64,000 bases of DNA, taken from NCBI RefSeq assembly GCF_006345805.1, contig NC_043000.1, positions 16,306,001-16,370,000 of the forward strand, in the 5' to 3' direction. A program made the translations under genes and the position numbers. The notes below the pieces were generated by a model that worked only from the letters and a program-made list of their open reading frames with translations, searched no databases and had not been told where the DNA came from. Shown here piece by piece: positions 26,943 through 39,374 of the stretch (position 1 is its first letter; each line of letters starts with the position of its first letter). Source of the DNA: Octopus sinensis. Lineage: Eukaryota.

Positions 26943-27848
26943 TCACGTTAATATTGCTTGAGCATAGATGACATTTGTTTCAACATGTGAAGACCAGTGA
27001 AATAAAAACAAGTAAAGGTTGGTGACTACATGCCTTAAGCTGCAAATCTCGGATGGGGTGGTCATGGCTAGCTAAAAAACCACACACAAATAAGTAATTC
27101 AAAGTCCTCTGGTAAGTCCTTTAGCATATTACTTAATTTTCCTTGCAGTTCTTGTAGCAATACATATTTAGGATTTCAGATTTTGGGGCTGACCTAACAT
27201 ATCATAGATCATCATCGTTAACATCTTCCTTCCATGCTAGCATGGGTTGGACGGCTTGACAAGGTGGCGAGCTGGCAAAAACATTAGCACTCCGGGCGAA
27301 ATGCTTAGCGGGAATTCGCCTGCCGCTACGTTCTAAGTTCAAATTCCGCCGAGGTCGACTTTGCCTTTCATCCTTTCAGGGTCGATAAATTAAGTATAAT
27401 CGACTTAATCCATGTGTCTGTTCTTGTTTGTCCCCTCTGTGTTTAGCCCCTTGTGGATAATAAAGAAATAGGTTTGACAGGAGCTGGCCAGACAGGAGGC
27501 AGCAACCAACTTCAGTTTCTGTTTTGGCATGGTTTTTATGGCTGGATGCCCTTCCTACCACCAACCACTTCATCAAGTGGGCTGAGTGCTTTTTACATGG
27601 CACTCACACAAGCAAGGACAGTTTTGGTGTAGCTTATACAGCTGGATGCTCTTCCAAATGCCAACCACTTCACAGTGTGGACTGGGTGCTTTTTCAGTAG
27701 CACCTAAACTGGCAAGATCACCAAGTAACTTTATAAAACAAGGAATCTTTGAGAGGGGAAGGGGCATTGGAGGAGGTGATTTTGTGTCAGATGATGAAAG
27801 ATTAGAGATGTTTGTGATATTAAAATGTTGTAAAAGTTAGAATCTTAC

Positions 27849-27946
27849 TTTTCCATTAATGATTTCATTTATTGTCATCAAGGTGTATTTTTCATCAATC
27901 CGTTCACAACAACCAACACATTCTGCAGCCTCAGGTGGTGAGTTGA
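27849..27946 (-). CDS. GCLC: GCLC exon
   Basis: taacag|(V)NSPPEAAECVGCCERIDEKYTLMTINEIINGK|gtaaga; 98 nt, phase 1 to phase 0 as required. Confidence 0.9.
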
Positions 27947-28039
27947 CTGTTAAGAAGTGATTACAAATATTAAGCAACAGATATTATTGATATTAAAGCC
28001 AAAGCGAAACAAGAAATTTTCATAAATTAATGATGACCT

Positions 28040-28548
28040 ATAGGAGGAAGAGAATACCCTCCATCAGACATTTGCCATATTCTGAACGCCTTACTTCCCT
28101 GGGCATGGATATATTGAAACTTCGACGTCTGGCAGCTGACTTGGCCGACACCCATAAAATTATTAACCATTTTACTAACAATAACTCTGAGTACCTTTTC
28201 AAACCCCACCTCTCTAACACCCGTGGATATATTTACAAAGAAAGAAAACAGCACAGCTCCCATGACTTTTGGAAACATTTTTTCACGCTGAGAGTTGCTG
28301 AAGTATGGAACAAACTGCCGGCATCAGTTGTTAGTTGTCAGAGCACTGCATCCTTCAAAACTTCCGTGCTTCCTGAGATTTTTCAACACTACACTTGATT
28401 TTCTCTCCTCCATACACACGCAAGCATGTATCTGACTCATACACTGTTCACTTTCCAGACATTTGTACATTACTGCATATACTTTATACACACTTTTGAC
28501 AAGTTGTGGTGCACCTGAGCACTGTATACAATAATTTCATTATTATTA
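28040..28548 (+). mobile_element. CR1/L2-type LINE 3' end
   Basis: LPYSERLTSLGMDILKLRRLAADL...TRG...FFTLRVAEVWNKLP is a typical CR1 ORF2 C-terminus, followed by an (ATT)n tail. Opposite-strand copies at ~46268-46640 and ~48075-48365. Confidence 0.8.
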
Positions 28549-29449
28549 TTAAGATATTTGAATATCATTATCATTCAATGTCTGTTTTCCATGCTGGCAT
28601 CAATTGGACAGTTTGACAAGATCAAATAAGCTGTGGAGCTGCATCAGGCTTGAGAGTCAAGTAGATGCTTTTCCTAGTGCCGACCATTTAACAGAGTGTA
28701 GAGGGTACTTTTTTGGGGGACACCAACACTACTGAAGAAGTAAAAGTGTGGCAAGGGTCACAAAGCAAAACATTGCCATCTTCTTTGGGTCTCATATAGC
28801 CTATGTACTGGAGCAAGTAATTGATAATATGTTGTTGCACAATAGGTTGGTGTCAGTAGAGAAGGAGTATCAAACTGGTATGTGGAGGCACATGGCCTAG
28901 TAGTTAGAGCAGCGGACTCACAGTCGAGGGATCGCGGGTTCGAATCTCAGACCGGGCAATGTGTGTGTTTATGAGCAAAAAAACCTAAGCTCCACACGGC
29001 TCCAGCAGAAGGTAATGGTGAACCTCTGCTGACTCTTTCGCCACAACTTTCTCTCACTCTTTCCTCCTGCCTCTTGCAGCTCACCTGCAATGGACTGGCA
29101 TCCCATCCAGGTGGGGAACCTATATGCCAATGAAACTGTGAAACCGGCCCTTATGAGCCAGGCGTGGCTCGAGAAGGAACAAACAAAAACTGGTATAAGT
29201 ATTTGAATAAACCTCCAATGTTTAGAATACACTATAAAAGTTTATATGCCTATCTTGATTTACATAAGTTATTAGTGTAATGCACTGGGAAAATACAACA
29301 CAACGTTAAAGACATAATCTCATTAAGAAAGAGTTAAAACAGATTATTAGATTTTTTGTTTTCCTTTTAAATTTGACTGAAAAATTTGGAAGTTTATGTT
29401 AATATCATACATCAATTATCTTTTATTGAGGTAAAAGCCTTCCACCCTG

Positions 29450-29960
29450 CTCCTGTTCTTGAGATTACATTATCCACGTCTCAACACATATTCTTCATTT
29501 TGTGCCTCAAGAAGATGTATTCCTTTAGCATCCCAATTTTATTGCTTCCCACCTCTGTCTGATTTTGTGCTATGAAGAGGGAAGAACATCATTGATTGGC
29601 TATGACACAAAAGCACCACGAAGAGGTCCATGCAAGGACTTTCATTATGAGAGCATATCTAAAATGAAGTGATTCGAGAATGAAGCAGGGTGAACGACGT
29701 CATTGCAGAATACCAAAAGTGCAAGTTCTGCAGGGCCAGACATGTCACAAGGTTCAGAGACAACAAGTGGACCCATGAAATTGCCAAGTGGTACACAAGA
29801 GTTTGGAAAGAGATACTGATGTGGAGGACACCCCAAGTGAGAGAAGTGGGCTGTTCCACCACAAGTAAATAGTGGACAGGCACAACGAGTGGACGGCGAG
29901 GTACACCATTCAGGCCAGATGGAAAAAAAAAATCAAGAAGGAATTGGAAGTGCATTGTGA
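29450..29960 (+). mobile_element. Degenerate RTE-type LINE fragment
   Basis: DVIAEYQKCKFCRARHVTRFRDNKWTHEIAKWYTR resembles the RTE ORF C-terminal WAGHVAR..DNRWT..W.P motif. Confidence 0.55.
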
Positions 29961-30048
29961 CCAGTGATGTATAACATCTGATAGTCTGGTTGATAGATGC
30001 TGTTATTAATTATATAAACAAAGGATACAAAATTATTTTTTAACCTAC

Positions 30049-30130
30049 CAGTTAGGATATCTTTCCTAAAATAGAACTTTCCCAAGCGTGCAGCATTGTT
30101 CTGTTGAGCAGTTACCATATTTTCATCAAC
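30049..30130 (-). CDS. GCLC: GCLC exon
   Basis: tggtag|VDENMVTAQQNNAARLGKFYFRKDILT+G|gtaggt; 82 nt. Confidence 0.93.
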
Positions 30131-31381
30131 CTACCATAAGAAAAATAAGATAAAAATCTACAAAAGAAGCAAAACTATCAAATTGTATACAACTTACTGG
30201 AAGACCACATGCATCTAAGAAGGGCTCTGTGGATTTAGAAGTTGATGGCTTGCGTTCTAACTATCAAAGTTAGTTACACTTACTTCAAGTTTATGTCAAA
30301 TGATGTTGTTTTAATTCAAGGAAAGAAATACAGGTTGACGTCATCATCATCGTCATCGTTTAACCCTTTCATTACCAACCTGGCTGAAACCGGCTCTAAC
30401 TCTGAGTAAAAATGTCTTGTTTTCAAAAGTTCTGAATTAAAATCTTCCGCCAAACCTTAGTCACAATTTATGCTCTTAACACTAGCTGAATGATAACTAA
30501 GTTATTTCATTAAATTCTTGGTTATATTTAAAATTAATTGAAAGAAACACAGAGCATCCCAAAATAAATACAGTAATGAATGGGTTAATGTTTGTTTTCT
30601 ATGGGTCAGACAATTTGATAGGAACTGTTAAGCCAGAAGACTGTGCTGAGCTCCAATGTCTGTTTTGGCAGGGTTTCTAAGGCTGGATGCCCTTAATAGC
30701 AGCAACAGATAGTAATTATAAGATGAATCAAGGTATGTCTGTTTGGTTAAGAAATTCACCTTAAAACCATGTGGTTTCGGGTTCAATTCTGCTGTGGCAC
30801 TTTGGCACTAGTGTTTTCTACCGAAGCATCAGGAGTGAATTTGATAGATGGAAACTGTGCAGGAGCCGTGCGCGCATGCATGAATGTGAGTGTCTGTGTG
30901 TATTTGCATCTTGGCATCATGTGTTGGTTTTAAACAAGCATCATCATCACAGAGGTGATGTAGTTTTTTTCCAGTCTTCCATGACAAGTGTGTTTGGTCA
31001 TGAGGAAAATATTTTTTTTTACTGCCTACAAGGGGCTAAACATAGAGGGGACAAACAAGGACAGACAAAGAGATTAAGTTGATTACATTGACCCCAGTGC
31101 GAAACTGGTACTTTATTTATCGACCCTGAAAGGATGAAAGGCAAAGTCGACCTCGGTGGAATCTGAACTCAGAACGTAATGACAGACGAAATATGGCTAC
31201 GCATTTCGCCCATCATGCTAACGTTTCTGCCAATATTACGTTGCATGGAAAGGGGATGCAGCCATAGAAAATCTGCCTCAGTGAATTCATTCTGAGCCAT
31301 GTAAGCATGGAAAAGTGGGTGTAGAATGATGATAATGGCCATTATGATGATAACGATGACAATGATATTCAGGTAGCTTAC

Positions 31382-31486
31382 CTTTGATATAGGAATTAAT
31401 AAGTTCAGCTTGAAAGTTAAAATAGCTCGAGTAACGAGAACAATAAATACAACATAGGCTGCGTTTTCAAAGTCGGATAACTGAAT
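31382..31486 (-). CDS. GCLC: GCLC exon
   Basis: ttgcag|IQLSDFENAAYVVFIVLVTRAILTFKLNLLIPISK|gtaagc; 105 nt. Confidence 0.96.
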
Positions 31487-34267
31487 CTGCAAAAAAAAAA
31501 AAGAAAGCAAAGACCAATGAATAACATCTGTAATAAGAGAGAGAGAGAGGAGATGAGTAACAAAAGTCACAATGACAAACAGAGGTGACAGAGAATGCGA
31601 TGACATATATGAGATGGATGACAAGAAGAAAATGAAACTGCTCCACTACAAAGGTAAAATAATGCACTCGTCAATGGTACAACACATAAGTGAAGTAAAA
31701 TTAGGAAAGTGCTATTTCAACCATTTTACCTATTTCTTTACTGCTCACAAGGGGCTACACACAGAGGGGACAAACAAGGACAGACAAACGGATTTAGTCG
31801 ATTATATCGACCCCAGTGCGTAACTGGCACTTATTTAATCGACCCCGAAAGGATGAAAGGCAAAGTTGACCTCGGCAGAATTTGAACTCAGAACGTAGCG
31901 ACAAACGAAATACCTATTTCTTTACTGCCCACAAGGGGCTACACACAGAGGAGACAAACAAGGAGAGACAAACGGATTTAGTCGATTATATCGACTCCAG
32001 TGCGTAACTGGTACTTATTTAATCGACCCCGAAAGGATGAAAAGCAAAGTCGACCTCGGCAGAATTTGAACTCAGAACGTAGCGGCAGACGAAATACTGC
32101 TAAGCATTTCGCCTGGTGTGCTAACGTTTCTGCCAGCTCGCCGCCTTCATACCATTACTTCAACCATTTTACCATTACTTCTATTGCTTTCAAACAAACA
32201 AGCAGTTAATAAGAGCAACTGTTTTCTAATACAACCGTATCCCTCGTTAGGCTGCAATTGTGCAGGGAAAATTCTGACAGCTAATGAAATGAATCTGATC
32301 ACTTAGCATTCAAACCAACCATATGTGGCCCAAATGTTCTCCCTCTTTAATGGACAAACTGACCAGATCAGGCCTCTCACACCTACGCTACAATGTCATT
32401 CCAAAACTATACAATTATGCTATTGAAATCTCAAAGCTACAAGATAACATGATTTGTTCAAAACAATATGAATAAATAAGCATTACATTTAACAGAGAAA
32501 TCTGATCATTGACAGAGCGGCTAACCGGCTTCTGTGCCAGTGGCACATAAAAGGCACCATTTGAGTGTGATCGTTACCAGCATCACCTTACTGGCACTTG
32601 AGCCCCATGCTAGTAGGGTGCTAAGAGCACCATCCAAGCGTGATCATTGCCAGAGCGGATAACTGGCTTCCGTGTCAGTGGCACGTAAAAGGCACCATTC
32701 AAGCATGATCGTTACCAGCGTCGCCTTACTTGCACCTGTGCCGGTGGCATGTGTGCGAGGTTGTTGCCAGTACTACCTGACTGGCTCCCGTGCCGGTGGC
32801 ACGTAAAAGCAACCACTACTCTTGGAGTGGTTGGCGTTAGGAAGGGCATCCAGCTGTAGAAACGCTGCCATATCAAGATTGGAGCCTGGTGCAGCCATCT
32901 GGTTCACCAGCCCTCAATTAAATCATCCAACCCATGCTAGTATGGAAAGCGGACGTTAAATGATGATGATGATATGATGAAATGGTTAAAGTGAATGTAA
33001 CATTTTTGCATGTTACTAAATGGCTCTTCTGCAATGTAATGGCTTTGGTCTCAATACTTGTTCTTAAGGTCTCTTGTTAGACAAGTACAACTCTGAAAAC
33101 AAACAGAAGTCATTTTCAAATTATTCATCTGGTGTTTAAGGTGGCAAGCTGGCAGAATCATGAGTAAGCCAGGATAAATGCCTAGTAGCAATTTGTCTGT
33201 CTTTACATTGTGAGTTCAAATGACATCAGGTTCAATTTGCTTTTCATCCTTTCAGGATCAATAAATTAACCAGGATCCCAGTTGCACACTGGGATCAGTC
33301 TATTTGATTTAGCTAACCTTGTGCCAAAATTTAAGGCCAAATTATTCATTGGCTGATGTACAATCTCAATGGCAATCTTAAATTTTCTTTACTAAAAATG
33401 TTAATTTTCCATCTTCAATTCGCTTAAATATAAAGCATAGACATATGGCCGTGTGGTTAAGAAGTTTGCTTCCCAATCATGTGGTTTCAGTTTCAGTCCC
33501 ACTATGTGACACCTTGGGCAACTGTCTTCTATCATAATCCTGGACCAACCAGAGCCTTGCGAGTGGATTTAGTACACAGAAACTGAAAAAAAAGGCTTGC
33601 CATAAACACACACACACACATGTATATATCATATAAATATATGTGTGCATATACATATATATCATCATCATTTAATGTCCACTTTCCATGCTGGCATGGG
33701 CTGGACTGTTTGACTAAGGACTGGCAAGCCAGAAGGCTGCACCAGGCTCCAATCTGATCTGGCAAGGTTTCTACAGATGGATGTCCTTCCTAATGCCAAC
33801 CACTCCTAGAGTGTAATGGGTGCTTTTTATGTGCCACTGGCATGGGGCCCAGTCAGGCGGCACTGGCATCGACCACGCTGAAATGGTGCTTTTTATGTGG
33901 CACCAGCACAGGAGCCGCATTTACTCATATAAAAGTTATGATGTTTGAGTAGTGATGTTGTTGGCACTTCTGTCAATAAATCGCCCATTCACTTCATACC
34001 TCTGAAGCCAAGAGAAATAAAGATGTCCCTTATTTGAAAAACAGGTAAGGGTTACTGATAGGAAGGGCATCTGGCTGTAAAAAACAATGCCTCAATAGTA
34101 TATTTGGCTAACCTAAGCTAGCATGGGAAAAAGAGATGTAAAAACAAATAAGAGATTTTAAAACGTTCAGAGAATATCATTCTCTTCAGCAAGAGGCCAA
34201 AATTTCATACCATGACATTAGTGCTCACCGAAGTATAAATCAGTTACTTCACTGATTAGAAAGAGTG

Positions 34268-34696
34268 GGATCTTTTCGGTTTGAACGGCAGTTTTTTCTA
34301 GCGGTGTCATATGAAATTGTCACCCATAATTATGACCCTAGTATCAATCTATTGCATTTCAACCTGTTTTAGGGTTAGGATTAGAATTAGGGTTAGGGGT
34401 GGGGGGAAGGGTATCTTTTTTTCTTCAGAAATGTAAATAAACCCAATCTGTTTTTTAAACGAGGGACATTTTCATACGGCACAGAATGTTTTCACCTCAA
34501 TAGATGTCATTGATTGGTTGAGATTGCAGAAACTGAAGAAAAACACCAACAAATATCTTACAAACTATAGAATTTTCTCAATAAAGCCAAGAGAAAAAGA
34601 TGTTTTATAAACACATTCTACCAGTGTACGAAGTTTAAAAGTGTTTAGTTACATAGAAATTATTTTAAAAAACTGCCGGTCAAACCGAAAAGATCC
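34268..34696. mobile_element. Mutator-like MITE with a 9-bp TSD
   Basis: TIR pair ggatcttttcggtttgaacggcagtttttt / aaaaaactgccggtcaaaccgaaaagatcc; gaaagagtg is duplicated at 34259-34267 and 34697-34705. Confidence 0.85.
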
Positions 34697-34717
34697 GAAA
34701 GAGTGATTCTATCTTAC

Positions 34718-34810
34718 CTCCATTGGTCTGAATTCAACTCTCCAACCAATATTGGAACCTGGTGGGGGAGGTTTAAATCTTAATGACTGCCAATTTGTTG
34801 ATTGGATATT
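34718..34810 (-). CDS. GCLC: GCLC exon
   Basis: ttgtag|[31 protein letters not shown]|gtaaga; 93 nt. Confidence 0.97.
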
Positions 34811-34940
34811 CTACAAAGAAAAAAGAAAAACATATGCGATATTTAAATAAAAAATTATATGGTTTGAACTACGAATTGAAATTACAACATGTGGATGGTT
34901 AAAAACCTTGTCATTCATTATTGTATTTGCATAAAAACAG

Positions 34941-35330
34941 TGGAGGCGCAATGGCCCAGTGGTTAGGGCAGCGGACTCGCGGTCATAGGATCGCGGTTTC
35001 GATTCCCAGACCGGGCGTTGTGAGTGTTTATTGAGCGAAAACACCTAAAGCTCCACGAGGTTCCGGCAGGGGATGGTGGTGAACCCTGCTGTACTCTTTC
35101 ACCACAACTTTCTCTCACTCTTACTTCCTGTTTCTGTTGTACCTGTATTTCAAGGGGCCGGCCTTGTCACTTTCTGTGTCACGCTGAATATCCCCGAGAA
35201 CTACGTTAAGGGTACACGTGTCTGTGGAGTGCTCAGCCACTTACACATTAATTTCACAAGCAGGCTGTTCCGTTGATTCGGATCAACCGGAACCCTCATC
35301 GTCGTAACCGACGGAGTGCTTCCTCCTCCC
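34941..35330 (+). mobile_element. SINE family S4 (tRNA-Arg-like head tggaggcgcaatggcccagtggttagggcagcggactcg)
   Basis: 13-bp TSD tgcataaaaacag. Other copies at ~20743-20940(-), 28883-29190(+), 39545-39902(-), 52629-53011(-) and 56848-57143(+). Confidence 0.85.
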
Positions 35331-35695
35331 TGCATAAAAACAGGAAGCTAAGCTACATTCAGTATTTAGGATTTTTCCGAGGAATTCTTGTTGCCGGATT
35401 GAAACGTTACTTCTTCATCACTTTTCAAGAATAACACAGTACATGCAATTATGAACCATGTTACACTTCTCATAAACTGTATGTATGTATTTGTGTGTCT
35501 GTGTTTATCCCCCTTGACAACCAATGTTGGTGTGTTTACATCCCTGCAACTTAACAGTTCGGCAAAAGAGACCGATAGAGTAAGTACTAGGCTTACAAAG
35601 AATAAGTCCTGGGGTCAGTTTGTTTGAATAAAGGCGATGCTCCAGCATGGCCACAGTCAAATGACTGAAACAAGTAAGAGAATATAAGAATACAT

Positions 35696-35732
<37 letters not shown>

Positions 35733-35934
35733 GACATTTGAACCCATTAATCCAAACATGTTTTTTCTCTCCATTTTCTTTCCTCATTATTTTTCCGTCA
35801 AAGAGCTTAAGCTCAAAACATCAAAGATTTTCCATTTTTCCTGACCATCAAACTAATAACACTTAGTTTATTGTTCCTTCACTTGTTTTGTCTCTGTCTT
35901 TTATTTTTTGTACATTTGAATCATCGGGACATCG

Positions 35935-36265
35935 GGACCCCCTTTGGTCACGACACTGACCATGGGACTGCACCTAGAAAGTTACCCTCCTAGTCACAAG
36001 TCTGGGCAAGGTGGTTTATGGAAGACCAGCAGTCACCCATGCATACCGGCCTCCCCTCTCCACGCTACCAGTGTTATCCAAGGGAAAGGCAAAGGCCGAT
36101 ACAGCTTGGCACCCGTGACGTCGCAACTCATTTCTACAGCTGAGTGAACTGGAGCAACGTGAAATAAAGTGTCTTGCTCAAGAACACGCAGCCCGGTCCA
36201 GGATTCGAGCTCACAACCTCACGATCGTAAGCTCGACGCTCTAACCACTGAGCCACGTGCCTTCA
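35935..36265 (-). mobile_element. SINE family S5 (tRNA-like head)
   Basis: On -, the head reads gaaggcacgtggctcagtggttagagcgtcgagcttacgatcgtgaggttgtgagctcgaatcc. Its 3' part recurs at ~43065-43242(+). Confidence 0.75.
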
Positions 36266-36442
36266 TTTTGAATCATATATATATATTAAAAGGTGCCTTC
36301 CCAGATTCTAGAAAAACTCATTTGAGAAAATCCACATGGTAATGACCTAGCCAACTTACTCGACTATAATCTCCAATGTAACTAACTGGTCATCTAAGGT
36401 CCTCATAAACCAATGATACAGCTAAATACAAATGAAACTTAC

Positions 36443-36555
36443 CTCAAAATGGTCCGTATCAGTACTATCATTCTGGTTAATCTTTTCTTCAAACAAGGAG
36501 ATAGGGTCCCGAATGAACAGATGGGCAATATGCTGAGAGAGCAAATCATCAATAC
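36443..36555 (-). CDS. GCLC: GCLC exon
   Basis: tatcag|(G)[37 protein letters not shown]|gtaagt; 113 nt. Confidence 0.96.
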
Positions 36556-36730
36556 CTGATAAATATAATATTATTTTACATTCACTTATTTGTGGTCCAG
36601 AAATTAAAACTCCAAAATACAATGTCAATTGACCATTTGACTAAGTTACACGAATTTCCTAACTACTAAACAACCAAAAGTTTCAGTTTGTAATAGATGG
36701 TACTTATGCAATATCTTATTTTTGTTATTG

Positions 36731-38030
36731 CCCACAAGGGGCTAAACAAAGAGGGGACAAACAAGGACAGACAAAGGGATTAAGTTGATTACATCGACCC
36801 CAGTGTGTAACTGGTACTTAATTTATCGACCCCGAAAGGAAGAAAGGCAAAGTCGACCTCGGTGGAATTTGAACTCAGAACGTAACGGGAGACAAAATAC
36901 CGCTAAGCATTTCGCCCGGCATGCTAACATTTCTCATTTCTTTACTACCCACAAGGGGCTAAACATAGAGGGGACAAACAAGGACAGACAAAGGGATTAA
37001 GTTGATTACATCGACCCCAGTGTGTAACTGGTACTTAATTTATCGACCCCGAAAGGAAGAAAGGCAAAGTCGACCTCGGTGGAATTTGAACTCAGAACGT
37101 AACGGGAGACAAAATACCGCTAAGCATTTCGCCCGGCATGCTAACATTTCTCATTTCTTTACTACCCACAAGGGGCTAACATAGAGGGGACAAACAAGGA
37201 CAGACAAAGGGATTAAGTTGATTACATCGACCCCAGTGTGTAACTGGTACTTAATTTATCGACCCCGAAAGAAGAAAGGCAAAGTCGACCTCGGTGGAAT
37301 TTGAACTCAGAACGTAACGGAGACAAAATACCGCTAAGCATTTCGCCCGGCATGCTAACATTTCTCATTTCTTTACTACCCACAAGGGGCTAAACATAGA
37401 GGGGACAAACAAGGACAGACAAAGGGATTAAGTTGATTACATCGACCCCAGTGTGTAACTGGTACTTAATTTATCGACCCCGAAAGGAAGAAAGGCAAAG
37501 TCGACCTCGGTGGAATTTGAACTCAGAACGTAACGGGAGACAAAATACCGCTAAGCATTTCGCCCGGCATGCTAACATTTCTCATTTCTTTACTACCCAC
37601 AAGGGGCTAAACATAGAGGGGACAAACAAGGACAGACAAAGGGATTAAGTTGATTACATCGACCCCAGTTGTAACTGGTACTTAATTTATCGACCCCGAA
37701 AGAAGAAAGGCAAAGTCGACCTCGGTGGAATTTGAACTCAGAACGTAACGGGAGACAAAATACCGCTAAGCATTTCGCTCGGCATGCTAACATTTCTCAT
37801 TTCTTTACTACCCACAAGGGGCTAAACATAGAGGGGACAAACAAGGACAGACAAAGGGATTAAGTTGATTACATCGACCCCAGTGTGTAACTGGTACTTA
37901 ATTTATCGACCCCGAAAGGAAGAAAGGCAAAGTCGACCTCGGTGGAATTTGAACTCAGAACGTAATGGCAGACGAAATACTGCTAAGCAATTCGCCCAGT
38001 ATGCTAACGTTTCTGCCAGCTCGCTGCCTT
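36731..38030 (-). repeat. Tandem array of six ~214-217-bp S3 SINE units
   Basis: Unit starts (cccacaagggg) at 36731, 36948, 37165, 37379, 37596 and 37811; the units are near-identical. Confidence 0.95.
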
Positions 38031-39235
38031 GTGCTATGCAATATCTATCAACAGAATGCATTTAACAAAGAACACACACACGCACACACAAATCAAACAA
38101 TAGAAAAGCAATTATCAATTAGCAGTCTGATATTGAATTTAGTGATTGACTTTGCATAGAATGTTCTGCTGAATCAGTGTTACATTAAAAAAAATCTTCC
38201 AAATCTTATCCTTGAATCATTAGGAATATCCATCTTTAGAGCTGATACCAGAACAATTACACAATAGCAATGTTGGGATCGCAGTAGCAAGAGCACCACA
38301 ACACATCTGGTCAATTTAATCCTAGTAGATTGTACATAGCCATATTTAACATGTTTATGTATGTTCAGACATGGAAAGACAATTACACTGCACAAGTTTG
38401 TCTAAAGACAAGAAATTCTCCTTATAGATAATATAAGTGTAAACATGCCAGTAGGCCATGAATGACATCACAAGCTCTTCCTGACAACAGGTTTTGCCCT
38501 TCAAAGTTGAGTTCCCCTCTTTGGAGTTAATGATAGAAAAAAGTACATATTTATAAAAATAAGTTTTTCTAACAATACAATGTGCAAATGACTTACATTT
38601 GTCAAAACCATACAATACATTGGCACATAAAAGGGCACCATTTGAGTGTGATCATTACCAGCGTCGCCTTACTGGCACTTGTGCCCGTGCTAGTAGGGTG
38701 CCAAGAGCACCATCCAAGCATGATTGTTGCCAGAGCAGTCAACTGGCTTCATGCTGGTGGCACGTAAAAGGGCACCATTCGAGCGTGATCGTTACCAATG
38801 TCGCCTTACTGGCACCTGTGCTGGTGGCATGTGTAAAAGGATTCGAGTGTGGTCGTTGCCAGTACCACCTGATTGGCCCTGTGTCGGTGGCACGTAAAAA
38901 GCACCCGCTACACTCTCGGAATGGTTGGCGTTAGGAAGGGCATCCAGCTGTAGAAACTATGCCAGATCAAGATTGAAGCCTGGTGCGGCCGTCTGGTTCG
39001 CCAGCCCTCAGTCAAATCATCCAACCTATGCTAGCATGGAAAGAGGACGTTAAACGATGATGATGATGATGATGACATTCTAATATGGAAAAATACAAGA
39101 GAAAGAGTTAAAGATTTTTACAGATGTAACAACTCATGAAAATTTAAATGAAAAGTTGTAGTGATGGCTAAAAAAAAAACCCAGCACTTATGATTGAAAT
39201 TTATAGCATAGATTGTTAAACTGCGTAAGACATAC

Positions 39236-39374
39236 CTTCAGCCATTAGCTCTTCATAAATCTCTTTGTCATACACCAACTGTAAATCGTTGTAGCAACGA
39301 CCTTCTTCGGACAAGTAACTGTCGATGGAGTCATAGCGAGATTTATTGATCAAAAAGCGATCATGTTTTAAAGG
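39236..39374 (-). CDS. GCLC: GCLC exon
   Basis: cttcag|PLKHDRFLINKSRYDSIDSYLSEEGRCYNDLQLVYDKEIYEELMAE+G|gtatgt; 139 nt. Confidence 0.96.

Noticed and set aside
34941-35015. tRNA genes (also near 36190-36265, 44255 and 56850)
   Set aside because: These are tRNA-like A/B-box heads continuing into SINE bodies with TSDs; none forms a complete cloverleaf.
36731-38030. CRISPR-like or repeat-spacer array
   Set aside because: The units are whole SINE copies with no unique spacers, and the context is eukaryotic.
36785-38065. Repeated 60-71-aa ORFs MITSTPVCNWYLIYRPRKEERQSR...
   Set aside because: Antisense translations of the S3 SINE units. The same peptide appears wherever the SINE does (32000, 57842).
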